Source: Selaginella moellendorffii (lineage: Eukaryota > Plantae > Lycopodiophyta). Taken from it: DNA of 64,000 nt. This document shows positions 49,501 to 64,000 of this stretch, one piece after another. The stretch is from contig NW_003314333.1 in the NCBI RefSeq assembly GCF_000143415.4, positions 434,001-498,000 on the forward strand, given 5' to 3'. How positions within the stretch are numbered: position 1 is the first letter of the stretch; each line of letters starts with the position of its first letter. The position numbers and the translations under genes were made by a program. Below the pieces are notes generated by a model. It did no database searches. It was not told the DNA's origin and saw only the letters and a program-made list of their open reading frames with translations.

Positions 49501-50055
49501 AGCCTTGGTTTTGAAACTTCTGTTAGAGAGACTTTGAAAGTTTGGTATGATACCTATTGACAGGGTTTGCCTTGCAGTTTTTTTTATCTCTGCAGAAACG
49601 ATTTTTTCACCTTCGTGGTCTCATTTTATTGCACGTTCTGTAGTTTCTTTTGGCTATGGCTGCTGGAGCTCCAAGAGATGAGGTCAAGCCCCCCTGGCGT
49701 TGCAACTTTGGATCCAAACAGCTTCTGCTCCATTATGGGAGCAACAAAAATCATTCATGGATCGTTTCAAGAAAGCGCTTGTCCTTGCTGCTCAATTTCG
49801 CAGTTCCTGGCTTTCGCAGTCACACTAGTCTCTCGAAGATTTCAAAACACTCTCGCCCGGAAGAACTCTAATCACGTCCACCGACAGCAATCAGCCACGA
49901 GTCTTCCTGGCTGTAACAAGTGCTTTGCGGCACAGGGGGCAAACATCTACCAGGGTCATGATCATAGTACTAACGAGAATTTGATCGTCACCTAGCTCGC
50001 AAATGAGCTCTCTTTTATTTTTATGGCTCCACAACTCGTTAATGCCACGAACTTT

Positions 50056-52210
50056 CTAGTCCATATCCATGTCTTCAAGATCTTGACGCTTGGCTTTGAG
50101 ATCAGTAAGCATCTGCAGGTTGGTAGAATTAGCAGGAAGCTTGTAGATCTTGCACAGGGCCACGAGTCGACTTCGGTAGCCCTTTGTATCCTCGAGCATG
50201 CAAATCTCGTCGAGCTCTTGTAACGCATCAAGGAACTTACCCTCGTACACCAGCTTGCGCTTACCCAACTGAATCTTCTCTTCCGTAAGATGTACTTCCG
50301 GACCATCGTCCTCATCTTGAGCTGGCCCGACACAGCCCAAGGCATCCTCCCAAGTTTCCGGCCGGTCCAAATCCACAGGAACAACACCCGCCAACTTCCT
50401 GGGGTTGAGCTGCGTAACATAAGGACTACCTTGCACTGGAACGGCCACCTTGCACTGCAGAACACCTACAAAACGAAAGAAAAAACTAGATTCTTTCAGA
50501 CTCTAGCAGCACAAAGCTCACCTTCCACGGCTTTCTGAGAAACCTTTCCAGACACTCGGTATGGCTGAAACTGGAAGCCCGAGAAAGTGTCCGGCGGCAC
50601 GAAAAACAAGAGGATGGTGTCGTCCTTCTCAGTATAGCCGGGGTCGTATTCCTGCCTCCAACGTCTCAGGGCCTGCATTGCCTGTACCAGAAGCTTGACT
50701 GCCGGTTTGTGATCACGAGAAACCGTGGCCTGGCCCAAAGTGCGTGGCAACAGAACGAAGCCAAAGACTGCATTGTTCTTTTTCAGTGGTCTCCACAGGT
50801 ACTTGGCAGCATCCATACCTGAAAACACAACAAATAACTATTCCGAGAACGAAGAGCTCACCAGCCGCAAGTAACGCATCTTCGAGATCTCCTTCATAGT
50901 AACGCAGTAAGAGACCGCCAGGGGATACAGATTCTACCCCGGGAGCACCCTGGCAGCGTCCACAGCGAAACTTTGGGGTATATATAACGTCCACCCGTAC
51001 GCACTTGGTATGATACCAGCTTAGACAAACCCCGCATTGGATCCTCTGAGCTTTCCCGCGCTCGTTCTTCTGGTGGCAAGCTCCACAGCAGGCGGAATCA
51101 ATCTGCAAGCACAACTAAGTGACAAGCCTGAGAATTAACAAGCTTTACCATCGGCAAGGCCATAAGGTTGTGCTGCAAAGCCTGGCCAATTGCATACTGC
51201 TCGAAGACGAAACCCCGCAAGCTTGCGTATTCCTTGAACGGCTGAGTGGCCTCGAGAAAGCTTCTGATCTTATCCACGTTCCTAGTACACAGGTACTGCG
51301 CATACATGTTGGCCACCTTATCCGAGCAGAATGTGTAGTAGAAGCGTCTGAAGGATCCGGGCTTCAACGCGAAGTGAAATAGCCTCCACGACACGTTCTG
51401 CGTGGTTGCGGAGTTTTGCAGGATGGCTTCCACATTCTTGAGCTTCGTGTTGGCAAGGCACTTGCAAACGTCGGAAGAAAAATCCTCCTCGGTGAGGTTT
51501 TCAGCTTCGCGATCCCACAGAAACCGAGGAACGCCTCCAAACCATTCGTATGCTAAGTCGGCAGCATCTACTCTTCGGTATATGAGCTCCGCTTTCACCG
51601 ACAGCTTCCCATCCGGCCGAGGCATCAAATCGGCTCTCCTTTTCCAGCTTTGCACAAGAGCGTCGAACTCTTGCTTGTCCCAAACCGGGAGGTATCTAGT
51701 GTAAGTCATGCGCAGCTTCCTCGCGGTCTTTGTGTTGCCCTCTTCTGGAGAGGCCGCAACCACAGCTCGAACTCCAAGCGTCCTGCCAGGTGCGATCTTC
51801 TGATCGATCAGGTGGTAGTCGACCTCGGTCGACTCGATTTGTTCAAGAGGGTAGTCTTTCTTGTCGATGACCCTGAGAGAGGAGCCATTGAAGTCCCAAA
51901 TGTAGGTCTCCGATTCGTACAGGATGCGCGAGCCCCGCTTGTCGATGCCCGTCCTGATGATGATGTACCACAAGAAGGCCGATTTGCCAACACCGGAGTT
52001 GCCATTCAAGTGGCACAGGGAGCAGTCCTCGATCGCCAGAGTTGCGACGATATCCTTGTAGAGGGCATCGAACACCTTCCGCACATAGAGCGTCTCAATA
52101 CTCCTGTGCAAAGAATACCTGTAAACTCCTGCTTCCGGTAGCTCCAGAAAATTCCCGGCCGCGTAAGACTCACGCCCTCCAAGGAGCGCCCGCGCCCACC
52201 ATTCCTCCAT
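50056..52210 (-). CDS. Crinkler/RHS-type P-loop NTPase + restriction-endonuclease-like protein with an inserted PHD finger (multi-exon)
   Basis: LYVRKVF…NGNSGVGKSAFLWY (Walker A), VVAASP, YLPVWDKQE, WFGGVPRF, RGFVFEQYA. PHD CGACHQ…IQCGVCLSWYHTKCV…FRCGRC. REase tail WRPLKKNN…GQATVSRDH…LFFVPPDTF. Exon limits are approximate. Confidence 0.75.
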
Positions 52211-52305
52211 CGCCAGAGGGCTTAAACCCTAAACCACACATTTTGTCAAAAAGGAAGTTAGATTAACAAATATCCTAACTGAAGGGTTATGGAAGGTTTT
52301 TTTTT

Positions 52306-53697
52306 GTGTGGAATGCAATGTGTCAAGAAGATGCTGGGAATGGGTACCTTGAGGAGGCAAAGATGGTGTTGGAGAAGACTCCTCAGACGGACTTTGTGAC
52401 TTGGACAATGCTTATTACTGTTTATGCACAGAATGGCGAGATAGGAGAGGCAAAGTTGGTGTTTGATGCAATGCCGGAGCGCAACGAGGTGTCATGGAAC
52501 GCAATGGTGAACGCAAATGCCCAGAACGGACGTATCGATGCCACTAAGCCGCTCGTAGAGAAAATGGTCTCATTGTATGGAACACAATTCAAGGCCCCGA
52601 TGCGGAGAATTGTTTCCTTGGAATGCCCGAGAAGGATGTCATATCTTGGACTCTCATGGTTCCTAGATACGCAAAGAGCAGGTATATGGCAAAAGCGCCG
52701 CCAGCATATGACGGGAGCAACAACTTGGCGATGGCGAAAGAAACCTTTGATGCTATGGCGGAGAGAAACCATGTATCGTGGAACGCGTTGCTCCAAGGCT
52801 ATCGAGCGGCCGGGCATGGCACCGAATTGAGGATGACGTCTGAGAAGATGCCCCTCAAAACAACGTCGAGTGTCACGGTGGTGATGGAGTTCGAGTCGAA
52901 AATGGGAGAGATGGTGGAGGCTAAGCAAGTGTTTGACGATAATGGGATTGGTGGATCAAGCGTGGTTTCGTGGACAATCGTGGTGGTGGCTTACGCTCAC
53001 CAGGACATGGTTGCCTCGAACACCATGGTCCACCTCTATGCCGAGCACGGGCATTACATGCTCGAGGCCAAAACCACCTTCGATCTCATCCCCCGGCGTG
53101 ATGTAGTTTCGTGGAACACCCTGCTCATCGGATATGCGAACAATGGCGATCTCGCCGCAGCTCTCAAAGTTTTCCACACCATGCCAATGAGAGACACGGT
53201 TTCCTGGAACGCCACGGTGACCATCTACGCATCCAGTGGATTCACGGAAGAAGCTCGCGAGATCTTCGAGCAAACTCCCGGCAGCAACAACACCATAACC
53301 TGGGACGTGATGCTCGAGGCCTACACCGCGCGGGGCCTGGGAGAAGAAGCTCTGGAGCTCTTCCGTCCCGACGAGGTGGCGTTCGTCAGCATCTTAAACT
53401 CGTGTAGCCACCTCGGGCTCCTGGCGGAAGCTCGGCTCCAATTCCAGTCCATGAGCCAAGATCACAGCCTGGCTCCTGCGAGGGAGCTGCGTGGTGGACA
53501 TTCTGGGCCGGGCTGGCCGGATGGGCGACGCGGAAGAGCTTTTAAAAGCCATGCCTTTCGTCCCGGACGAGGTGGTGTGGGCCTCCTTCCTCAACTCGTG
53601 CAGGATCCACAGTGATTTGGAGCGCGGGGGCCGAGCTGCCAAGCTCAGCTCCAATGACCCCAGCCACAATCTTCTCTTGGCAACCACCATATCCTGA
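52306..53697 (+). pseudogene. PLS/E-class pentatricopeptide repeat (PPR) pseudogene
   Basis: Repeated VSWN/VTWT motifs (FDAMPERNEVSWNAMV, RDVVSWNTLLIGYA), then SILNSCSHLGL and VDILGRAGRMGDAEELLKAMPFVPD. The frame changes near 52620 and 53490. Confidence 0.85.
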
Positions 53698-53760
53698 TCT
53701 GAGCACCACCACCATTTCGAGTGTGTTGAGAGAGCTCCTCGAAGCTTGGAAGGCGAGCAA

Positions 53761-53833
53761 GGGGATGTAGCTCAGATGGTAGAGCGATCGCTTCGCATGC
53801 GATAGGTAAGGGGATCGATGCCCCTCATCTCCA
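53761..53833 (+). tRNA. tRNA-Ala (CGC)
   Basis: GGGGATG…CATCTCC-A acceptor stem with the G3:U70 Ala determinant. D-arm TAGCTCAGATGGTAGAGC; anticodon arm ATCGC-TTCGCAT-GCGAT; T-loop GGATCGATGCC. Oligo-T run at ~53858. Confidence 0.93.
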
Positions 53834-53986
53834 CCCAGAGTTTCTGTCACTGCATACTTTTTTCTTTTTCGTCTTCAGCGTAGCATAGCATCTGCCAAAC
53901 AAACGAGCCACAGTTCATGAGTAGTCCAAAGAAAAAGAAAAAGAAGACAATGGTTCTTCCATGTTGAAGTACTCAATGTTTGCTGC

Positions 53987-53987
53987 C

Positions 53988-54021
<34 letters not shown>
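53987..54021. repeat. (GA)n microsatellite
   Basis: Directly visible. Confidence 0.95.
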
Positions 54022-54024
<3 letters not shown>

Positions 54025-57009
54025 TCGCCCTGGCGTCGATCATCTTACTGGAGCGAATTGGCCGAGGACGACACCCGATCCATCTTCACGCTCCGGCCCA
54101 CACCAGAAACCCATGAGAACCTCACTTGGCCTCTCCACAAGGCAATCCAGAGAAGAAGAATGATGTAGCTTCCACAGACCCAGTGAATGAGGAGAATGAT
54201 CTCTGCTCGTCACCGCAACAGGAGGAGAATTGGAAATGCAGCAAAGCCAATCCAATCCTTCTTACCTCAGCACAGATTTCCCAGCCCTAAGCTCTCCCTG
54301 CTGCCGAACGAATCCCGCGACCGAGTGCCTCCGAAAGCCGGCGCCTACCCACGGGCACTTGATCCTGCAAGGCGGCGGCTGCCAGGAAACCGCAATCGCA
54401 ATCGCCATAGTCATCGCTCAAGGACGAAGAACCCTAAAGCGCGCCAAATGCCGCCAAGAACCCTAAAACAGGGGAACCACTCCATTGCGCATTGATGAAC
54501 GAAGCAGCGCATGAATTTGGCGCTGCCGCAGTCGATGACGATGGATGCGATGATGAGAGAGCGAATACGAATTGTTTATCGCGCAGCAGCCAGCTCTCTG
54601 GAGTCCAATTGAATGGAACAGAGCTTTCAGAGCCATCATCCACACATATATAAAAGCTTCCTCTGCCGCTGCCAATCTCTGCTTAACTGTTTTCCAATTT
54701 GTCACCATCACGACCATCAAGCTGCTGCCGCTACCACTGTGTGGAGTGGATTGCATTGCTGCCATTGCCAGCGGCATTACCTATATGGGCTAGATCAGCT
54801 CGCAAGCGATTGGAAATTGGATTGGAGCGGACCAATAGCAGTAGCAATTGACAATTTCGCTCAATTCAATCGCGCTTTCCACATCAATCTAAGTTTTGAT
54901 TAGGGTTCTTCGTTGTCACCAACAAACAAGTTTCACGGTCAAAGATTTGAGAGGCATCCGTACGCCCCGGGGTGTGACAGGGATGGGCAACGAACCCTGT
55001 CCGTCCATCGAGCTGGCCCTGGAAGGAATCGAACACGCGATCGGGCAAAATAATGTTGTTTGGAAAGAGATGTTTGATTTCTTTCTGGTGTCATGGTTCA
55101 TACACACCTGGCGCACTCACTCACACTCCATCTCGTTTCCTTGAAGCTACCTTGGAGTTGGATCGATCATCGTCCTCGCATTGATCAAATTGGAAGAATG
55201 CTCGATTGATCCTTGTAGTTCGCGCATCGCTACCGCGAGTGGAATTACACGAGATCGCGAGATCCCTTGTTCGTTTGTCACCAACTTGGATCTCTGGGGA
55301 GAATGCCATGGATTGCGATCTCCAAACCACCCCACTTCCTTTGTTCCTTTTGTTTCTTCGAGTGGAAGAGAAGAGACGATGATCGCGTGCGTACGGAGGG
55401 CGAGCCGTTAATGCCGGTTTGTGGCCATGGTGGCTCAACACTCGCCCAGGAGAGTTTGTCCGCCACGTGTCGCGCATGTGACGGCCAGTACACAACGCAC
55501 GTGGCCGCTTTCTTACCGCCGGCTTTTTTACCAAAGGTTTTTAATTTCCCCTTGTTAACGCTCCTCGTACATTTCTTACCGTAGAGCTCTTTCTTTTTTC
55601 CCCTGCCAGTGTGAACGCAAGCAAGCGTAAACCTTCTTCTTCCTTCTTCCTTCTTTCTCTGGCTATGGCGGATCGCCTTCTCTCTCTTCTCCAACAAGTA
55701 CTCTTTTCTCCTCGCGATTCGCGACGAAGAATTTAAAACAGAGCCGAGGGTTTTGTCACCGCATTGTTGTCGTTTGATCCAGCGGATCGACTTCCCCGAA
55801 GCGCTAAAAAGAGAGAGCGCACCGAGAGATCGATCGAGCTGGTTCTTCTACTACTCAGAGGAGAAAAGCTTTGGATTCTTGTGAGCGAGCGAGCGAGCCG
55901 AGGTCCCAGAGTTCTTGGTTTGTCGCATGATGGTCAGCATCCGAGGAGTTTATGGCAGGTCCCAATCCAAGGCTTGACTGCGAACACTAAATGCTTGCAT
56001 CCAGGTTGATGATCCTTACGCTCTTGCTGTTCATCCATCGCTTTCTGGTTTGCCCCTCCTTCTCTCCTCCATCTCGATCCTAGCAGCCGCAGGCAGCAGC
56101 AGCAGCAGCAGCAAAAGCTAGCAGCAGAGAGCCCTGGAGCTCTTTTTCTTTCTTCCCTGCCACCACTGCTTCTTCTCTCTGTGGATCATCCAGAGGTATA
56201 AATGCTCGCTGTTCTTGCTTTCTCCGCGAGCAGCAGCGGGGTACTTGTCTCGGACTCTCTCAATTCTCGCATTGCTCGGGCGGACGATGAGACTGTCACT
56301 AAATCGTAATACCGGTCACTAGGAAGAGCTCTCCTCTCCATATCTCCATTTCTTCCTCTGCCGTATCTCGTTCGTTTCGCTGGTGCTGGTGATCGTCCAA
56401 GCTGTGGTGGTGTCTCTCTCACTCTCATCAATCACTCCTCCATCCATCCGGGCAGCTCCCAAACAAACCACATTTGTGTGCGTGATTGGTACACTCCACT
56501 CTCTCCTCTGTGCAGCGCGAGCGCGCTTTTGACTGGCCGGGGCGGGCCGCGATCCATCTCAGCTCTCCGCGTGTCTGCTCCGGGCTGCCAAAAACACCAA
56601 AGTTCCTTTCTTGCTGGCTCGATAGCAACCACTCCACGCCTCTCCTCTCATCGCCAAGATCACTGAGCTTTTGCATCGATCCAGTTTTCCATCATCCATC
56701 TATCCATCCATCCATAGCGCCGCGAGGACACGAGTCCACGACTCTCTTTCTCTGATCATCCCTGTCACACCTTGTTGTCACGTCCCAGGAGAGAGTAGCC
56801 ATTCTCACTCGCTCGCATTCTCTGCTACTGCTGCCTGCGTGTGCGCGCGTTGTCCAAGAGATCTATCATCCTCTCTCCCATCCAATCCATCGATCGCTCC
56901 CTCTTATCCTCTCCTCCCTGCCCTCCCTGCCACAAACGAACGAAGATGGTGATTTGACACTAGCCCAAGATCGGGCCTTGGATCGTCAACACATCCTCGA
57001 GCGAGCTCC

Positions 57010-58848
57010 ATGGCCGAGCAGCAGCAATCCAGCCACAAGCACAGGTCGTGGCAGCGCGGAATCTCCCCGGGCAGAGGGCTGCGGCGACTGGAGAGCAAGC
57101 TCAAGGATTTGTTCCTCCTCCGCCCGGGGAGCTCGTCCAGGAAGCAGCAGCAGCAGCAGCAGCGCTCGGGATCGCCGGATTTCATCCTCCAGCAGGCAGC
57201 GGCGCTGTCGTCGCAGCAAATCCACATGGTTCGCAGCGGCAGCTTGATCAGACCTCACGAGACGCTGGCGCCGGTCCGCGAGGGCCCGGATGCCGATGCC
57301 GATGGAGGCGGCGGCAACGGATCCCTTGGCGGCGGTGGCAGCGGCGGCGGCGGCGGCGCCACCAAGCGGCAGGGATCCTTCCGGAGCTGGATGATGGAGC
57401 AGATCGAGAAGACGACGCTGCCACTGCTGGGCTACAAGCACTCGGACGTGCGGCTGCTGCTGGGCGTGCTGGGAGCTCCACTCGCGCCCATCGCCGCTAG
57501 CAGCGCCCATTGCCTCTACGCTCGCGTCTCGCCCAGGGATGGCCCCATTGTAAGTGCGTGGTGTTCTTGGCCGAGTGTTCTTGGGTGTTCTTGGGTGGTT
57601 TCTTCCTTGGATCGAGACTGACGTGCGTGGCTTCTTCGATCTGGCAGGAGTCGACGTCCGCGCAGTACATCCTCCACCAGTACATGGCAGCATCCGGGGG
57701 CTCCAAATTCCTGGCCTCGATCCACAACTCGTACGCGGCGGGCAAGATCCGGATGTCTCTGTCGGAATTCGAGACCGTGAATCGCGTGGTGCGCACCAAG
57801 AACCCATTCCGCCCCGCCGAGGCGGGCTGCTTCGTGCTGTGGCAGATGAAGCCCGACATGTGGTACGTGGAGCTGGTGCTGGGCGGAGGATCCAGCAAAG
57901 TCCATGCCGGATGCGATGGCAAGCTCGTCTGGAGGCAAAACCCCTGGATGGGTCCTCACGCCGCCAAGGGACCCGTTCGCCCACTTCGTCGCGTCCTCCA
58001 GGTATGGATGGTATCATCGCGCGCTCGCATTCTCTCTTCCGCGATTGCTCGATCACGAATCCAAAAGATTGGAATCGGAATGTCAAGATCTCATGGCGCT
58101 TTTGTCTTTGCAACAGGGATTGGATCCGTTGACGACTGCCACCATCTTTTCTGGCGCGGTTTGCGTGGGCGAGAAGCGGCTGGGTGGCGAGGATTGCTTC
58201 GTGCTCAAGCTCGCCGCCGACCCATACACGCTGGGCGCCCGCAGCGACGGCCCCGCCGAGATCATCCGCCACGTACTCTTCGGCTACTTCAGCCAGAGGA
58301 CCGGACTGCTCGTCCGGATCGAGGACTCGCACCTCACCCGCATCCAGGCGTCGGCGGGCGAGGTCGTCTACTGGGAGACGAGCATCGAGTCGACGCTGGA
58401 GGACTACCGCAGCGTCGACGGCCTGGTGATCGCCCACTCGGGGCATTCGTGCGTGACGCTGTTTAGATTCGGGGAGGTGGCCATGGGTCACACCAGGACG
58501 AGGATGGAGGAGGACTGGACGATCGAGGAGGTGGCGCTCAACGTCCCGGGGCTCTCGGAGGATTGCTTCATCCCTCCGGCGGACATCCGGAAGAAGAACA
58601 GCGCTAGCGGCGCCGCTGGGCTGGTCAATCACAGCGGGCGGAAAGGATTGAGGAGTGGGATCACTGCCGCCACTGCCGCCGCTGCCACCGAGACTAATTT
58701 GTCCTCGGCAGTGGCAGTGGAGCGCGACAGCCTCGGAGACACCAAGAACAGCAGCCATCCGCAAGAACAGCAACAATACACGGCGCGGGTCAAAGCGACC
58801 GCGCGCGAGGCCCAATCCAACAATGCCATGTGGAGGGTCGAGGGCTGA
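57010..58848 (+). CDS. DUF620 family protein (3 exons: 57010-57549, 57648-58001, 58117-58848)
   Basis: Motifs LAPVREGP, DVRLLLGVLGAPLAPI, AQYILHQYMAASGG, GCFVLWQMKPDMWYVEL, GPVRPLRRVLQGLDP, GYFSQRTGLL and MEEDWTIEEV. GT-AG introns keep the frame. Confidence 0.92.
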
Positions 58849-59071
58849 CCATTGACTTATCCTATTTCTGTTTTGTAAAAAAAGTAACTAAATATTAACT
58901 TGATTAGGGCACCGTGGACTAAACTACCCGTCAACATGCAAACGGATTGTCCTGGGAATGTTCTTATCCGATGAGATATTTACCGGTATATCCTTCTGGC
59001 ATCTTACAAATATTTTTTCGCCTGAGAGGGGTAGGGCTCGGCTATTGAGAGAGGAGCGGCACTGCGCAGCG

Positions 59072-61592
<2,521 letters not shown>

Positions 61593-61682
61593 GCTGCTAA
61601 AAAAATCATATTTTTTTTTCACTGACTTGGTAAATAACAATGTGCTGTGGTATTGGAAATAATTCTGAGACCATGAATTCTC

Positions 61683-62160
61683 TCAGCTTGTGTTTTGCTT
61701 CTTTGGGATGTGGTTGCCTCCACTAGCAAGCTTGTACGCGTAGAACAAGCTCATGATAGCACTGGGAAAACAAAAACTTCTCTCGTGAGCTCCACCTCTA
61801 AAAATTTGATTTTTACCTGATCGCGGCGACCATTCCAGCAGGCATCACTTTACCAGTGTCGAGAAATCTCTCCCCCATCACCCACGACACGGACAACGCG
61901 ATCACTGCAAATCCAAATCGTGAGTGAAACCAAACGAGCTCGCGAGCTATCGATCTGTCACCTGTCTGGAGGATTTGCGAGACCAGCGAATTGCTACCCT
62001 TGTGGTAAGCCGAGAGGCTGATCTTACCGGCGACAAGGAGCAAGATCCCAGCTCCAACGCCGCCATAGAGCGATGCCAAGCTCCCCCGCCGGAGAAAACC
62101 CACAAGTCCGCCACACAAGAGCACGATCCCATACGGGTACGTGAAGCAAAAGTCGTGCAT
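61683..62160 (-). CDS. TMEM14 / fatty acid export (FAX5/6-like) small membrane protein, 3 exons
   Basis: N-terminal MHDFCFTYPYG, GSLASLYGG, MGERFLDTGKVMPAG; last exon YKLASGGNHIPKKQNTS-stop. Confidence 0.88.
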
Positions 62161-62283
62161 CCTTCGTCTCTCTCCTCTCGATCACGGACGACCAAAAAAA
62201 ACTTCGAGTACAAATGCGATCCCAAGTTTTTATTTGCCGGAATATGCTCCTTTACAGTGGAACATTCCGTCCCACAGTTTAGC

Positions 62284-64000
62284 TTAATCGTCTGCCCATT
62301 TAACCCCGTGCTTAGCGCCCAAGTAGTAAGCACCGACTGGGCCTCTTCCGCCAAACGTGTAGAGCTCGGGGGCCACTTTGTGTGTTTTGATCTCTTCCAG
62401 CAGCGGCGAGATGATCTCCCAGGTCTGTGCGAGCTCGTCGCTCCGTATGAACAAGTGGCTGTCGCCGTCGATCACGTCCAAGATCAATCGCTCGTACGAG
62501 TCTGGGATCTCCGTGTTGTATCTGGTGTTGTGAGCAAAAACTTAGCTTCCTCCGTTCTAGTTAACATTTGAAGAAACGAGTGAGCTTACTTGTCCCTGTA
62601 GAGAAGATTGAGCTCCGAGGAGTCCAGCTGCAATCCCAGGCCTGGAACTTTGTTGTTGATCTTGAGATTGATGGCCTCGTCCGGATGAACTCTGAGCACC
62701 AGCTCGTTGGTGGCCAGGTCGATGTTGAAACCAAACTTATCGCGGTACAAGTTCCCAGGGACGCCTCGGAATTGAATACGAATCTCTTGCCTGTGGAAGT
62801 AAAGTCAGAAAAACAAGTGGAGTGTGGAGTAAAACTCTCAGCTCACTTGTGCTTGATGAGGCCGTGACCGGCTTTGATGAGGAACGGAACACCATCCCAG
62901 CGCCCGTTGTCGATGTACAAAACTGACGCTATAAATGTGGGAGTGAGGCTGTCGGCTGGAACGTCTTGCTCGCTCAAGTATCCCGGAACTCTGGAGCTGC
63001 CACCCTTTGACACGCTTTCCTTGTACTGACCAAGAACAACGTCGTCCAGAGCTGGCTTGCGCATTGACCGCAGCACTTTCACCTGATCAATCAACTCGAT
63101 TCATGATCCATTCAATTCATGAAAGACCTGCTTGCCTTTTCGTTGCGAATATCTTCTCCTTCCAGGCTAACCGGGGGCTCCATTGCAAGGAGACCAATCG
63201 TCTGGAACAAATGGCTCTGGACAATGTCACGTATTATTCCCTGCTCGTCAAAATACCTGGAACCGGCAAAATAAAGCTCAAATTAAAGCTTGACAAAAGA
63301 AAACTGGTTACCTTCCTCTGCCTTCCACTCCCCAGTCCTCGGCAAACAATATCTAAATGAAAGGCACACGCAGTCGAGTCTTGGAAATAGCACTCGGGCT
63401 TACTTGAATGTTTCGTATGTATGTGCGGTTCCACAGAGGCTCGAAGATTAGATTTGAAAACCGCAAGACTGTCAAGTTTTCAATGAGATCTCTGCCAAGT
63501 AGATGATCGATTCTGTAAAAAGAGCAACAAAGCATGTTTTGTTTACTCTCTTTGATTGAAACAATCGGTATCGTACCTGTATATCTGGTCTTCGGTGAAC
63601 TTTGAAAGCAATCCCTCGGTCATCTTCTTCGAGGTGTGCACGTCGTTGCCAAATGGCTTCTCGATTATGATCCTCGTGTGGCCTCTCTTGCTTTGAGCAT
63701 TGGTGCCAACACACTGCGCAACTTCAACGACTACCTCGTGAGGAACCGACAGGTAGAAAATCCGATTTGCGCAACAACTTCCCTACAAAACTTGTCAGTT
63801 TCTTTTCTCTACTATGCCAAAGCAAAAGCTAGAAATCATACCTCTAGTTTCTTCAAGCGCTTGTCCAGAATTACCATACCATCGCATGTATCGTATCCGC
63901 CGTGCTCATAGTATACATTTTTTAGGAAGCTCTCCATCTTTTCTTCACATCCTTCTCTGCATGCCAAGTTCTCTTTGAGATCCAAATATGCCAAACGAGT
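62284..64000 (-). CDS. G6PD4: Glucose-6-phosphate dehydrogenase, G6PD4-like (probably non-catalytic); 5' end outside the window
   Basis: [22 protein letters not shown] (active enzymes have RIDHYLGK), [12 protein letters not shown]; C-terminus [22 protein letters not shown]. Confidence 0.88.

Noticed and set aside
53980-56950. Many short ORFs between the tRNA and the DUF620 gene
   Set aside because: No recognisable motifs; likely UTR, intron and promoter sequence, although a small gene near 54160-54500 cannot be excluded.
56986-58815. 609-aa minus-strand ORF
   Set aside because: Antisense shadow of the GC-rich DUF620 gene.

Overview
Plant nuclear DNA. Introns of about 45-100 nt, very tight gene spacing and a PLS-type PPR gene point to a lycophyte such as Selaginella (inference). 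Bases 1 to ~49,000 are a nest of transposable elements: Ty3/gypsy, Ty1/copia, a recent non-coding LTR element, Cassandra TRIMs, a Sola-like DDD transposon with a matching MITE, and two Mutator-like elements. Bases ~50,000-64,000 are gene-dense: a Crinkler-type NTPase-REase gene with a PHD finger, a PPR pseudogene, tRNA-Ala(CGC), a DUF620 gene, PFP-beta, a TMEM14/FAX gene and a G6PD4-like gene. The main discovery candidate is a bounded Mutator-like transposon (8111-24767, short TIRs, CTCCATTG(G) target duplication). It carries a GCM/MULE/SWIM transposase gene and, divergent from it, an intron-containing gene for a ParB-like domain fused to a bacterial-type beta-class DNA amino-methyltransferase. 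Between the two genes lie six GGTTC-N6-GAACC palindromes with parS-like geometry and a hairpin with 180-bp arms. Also notable are two spliceosomal-type introns inside a chromovirus integrase and evidence for a large inversion that splits one retrotransposon insertion. All family assignments come from motifs read by eye; no database searches were run.
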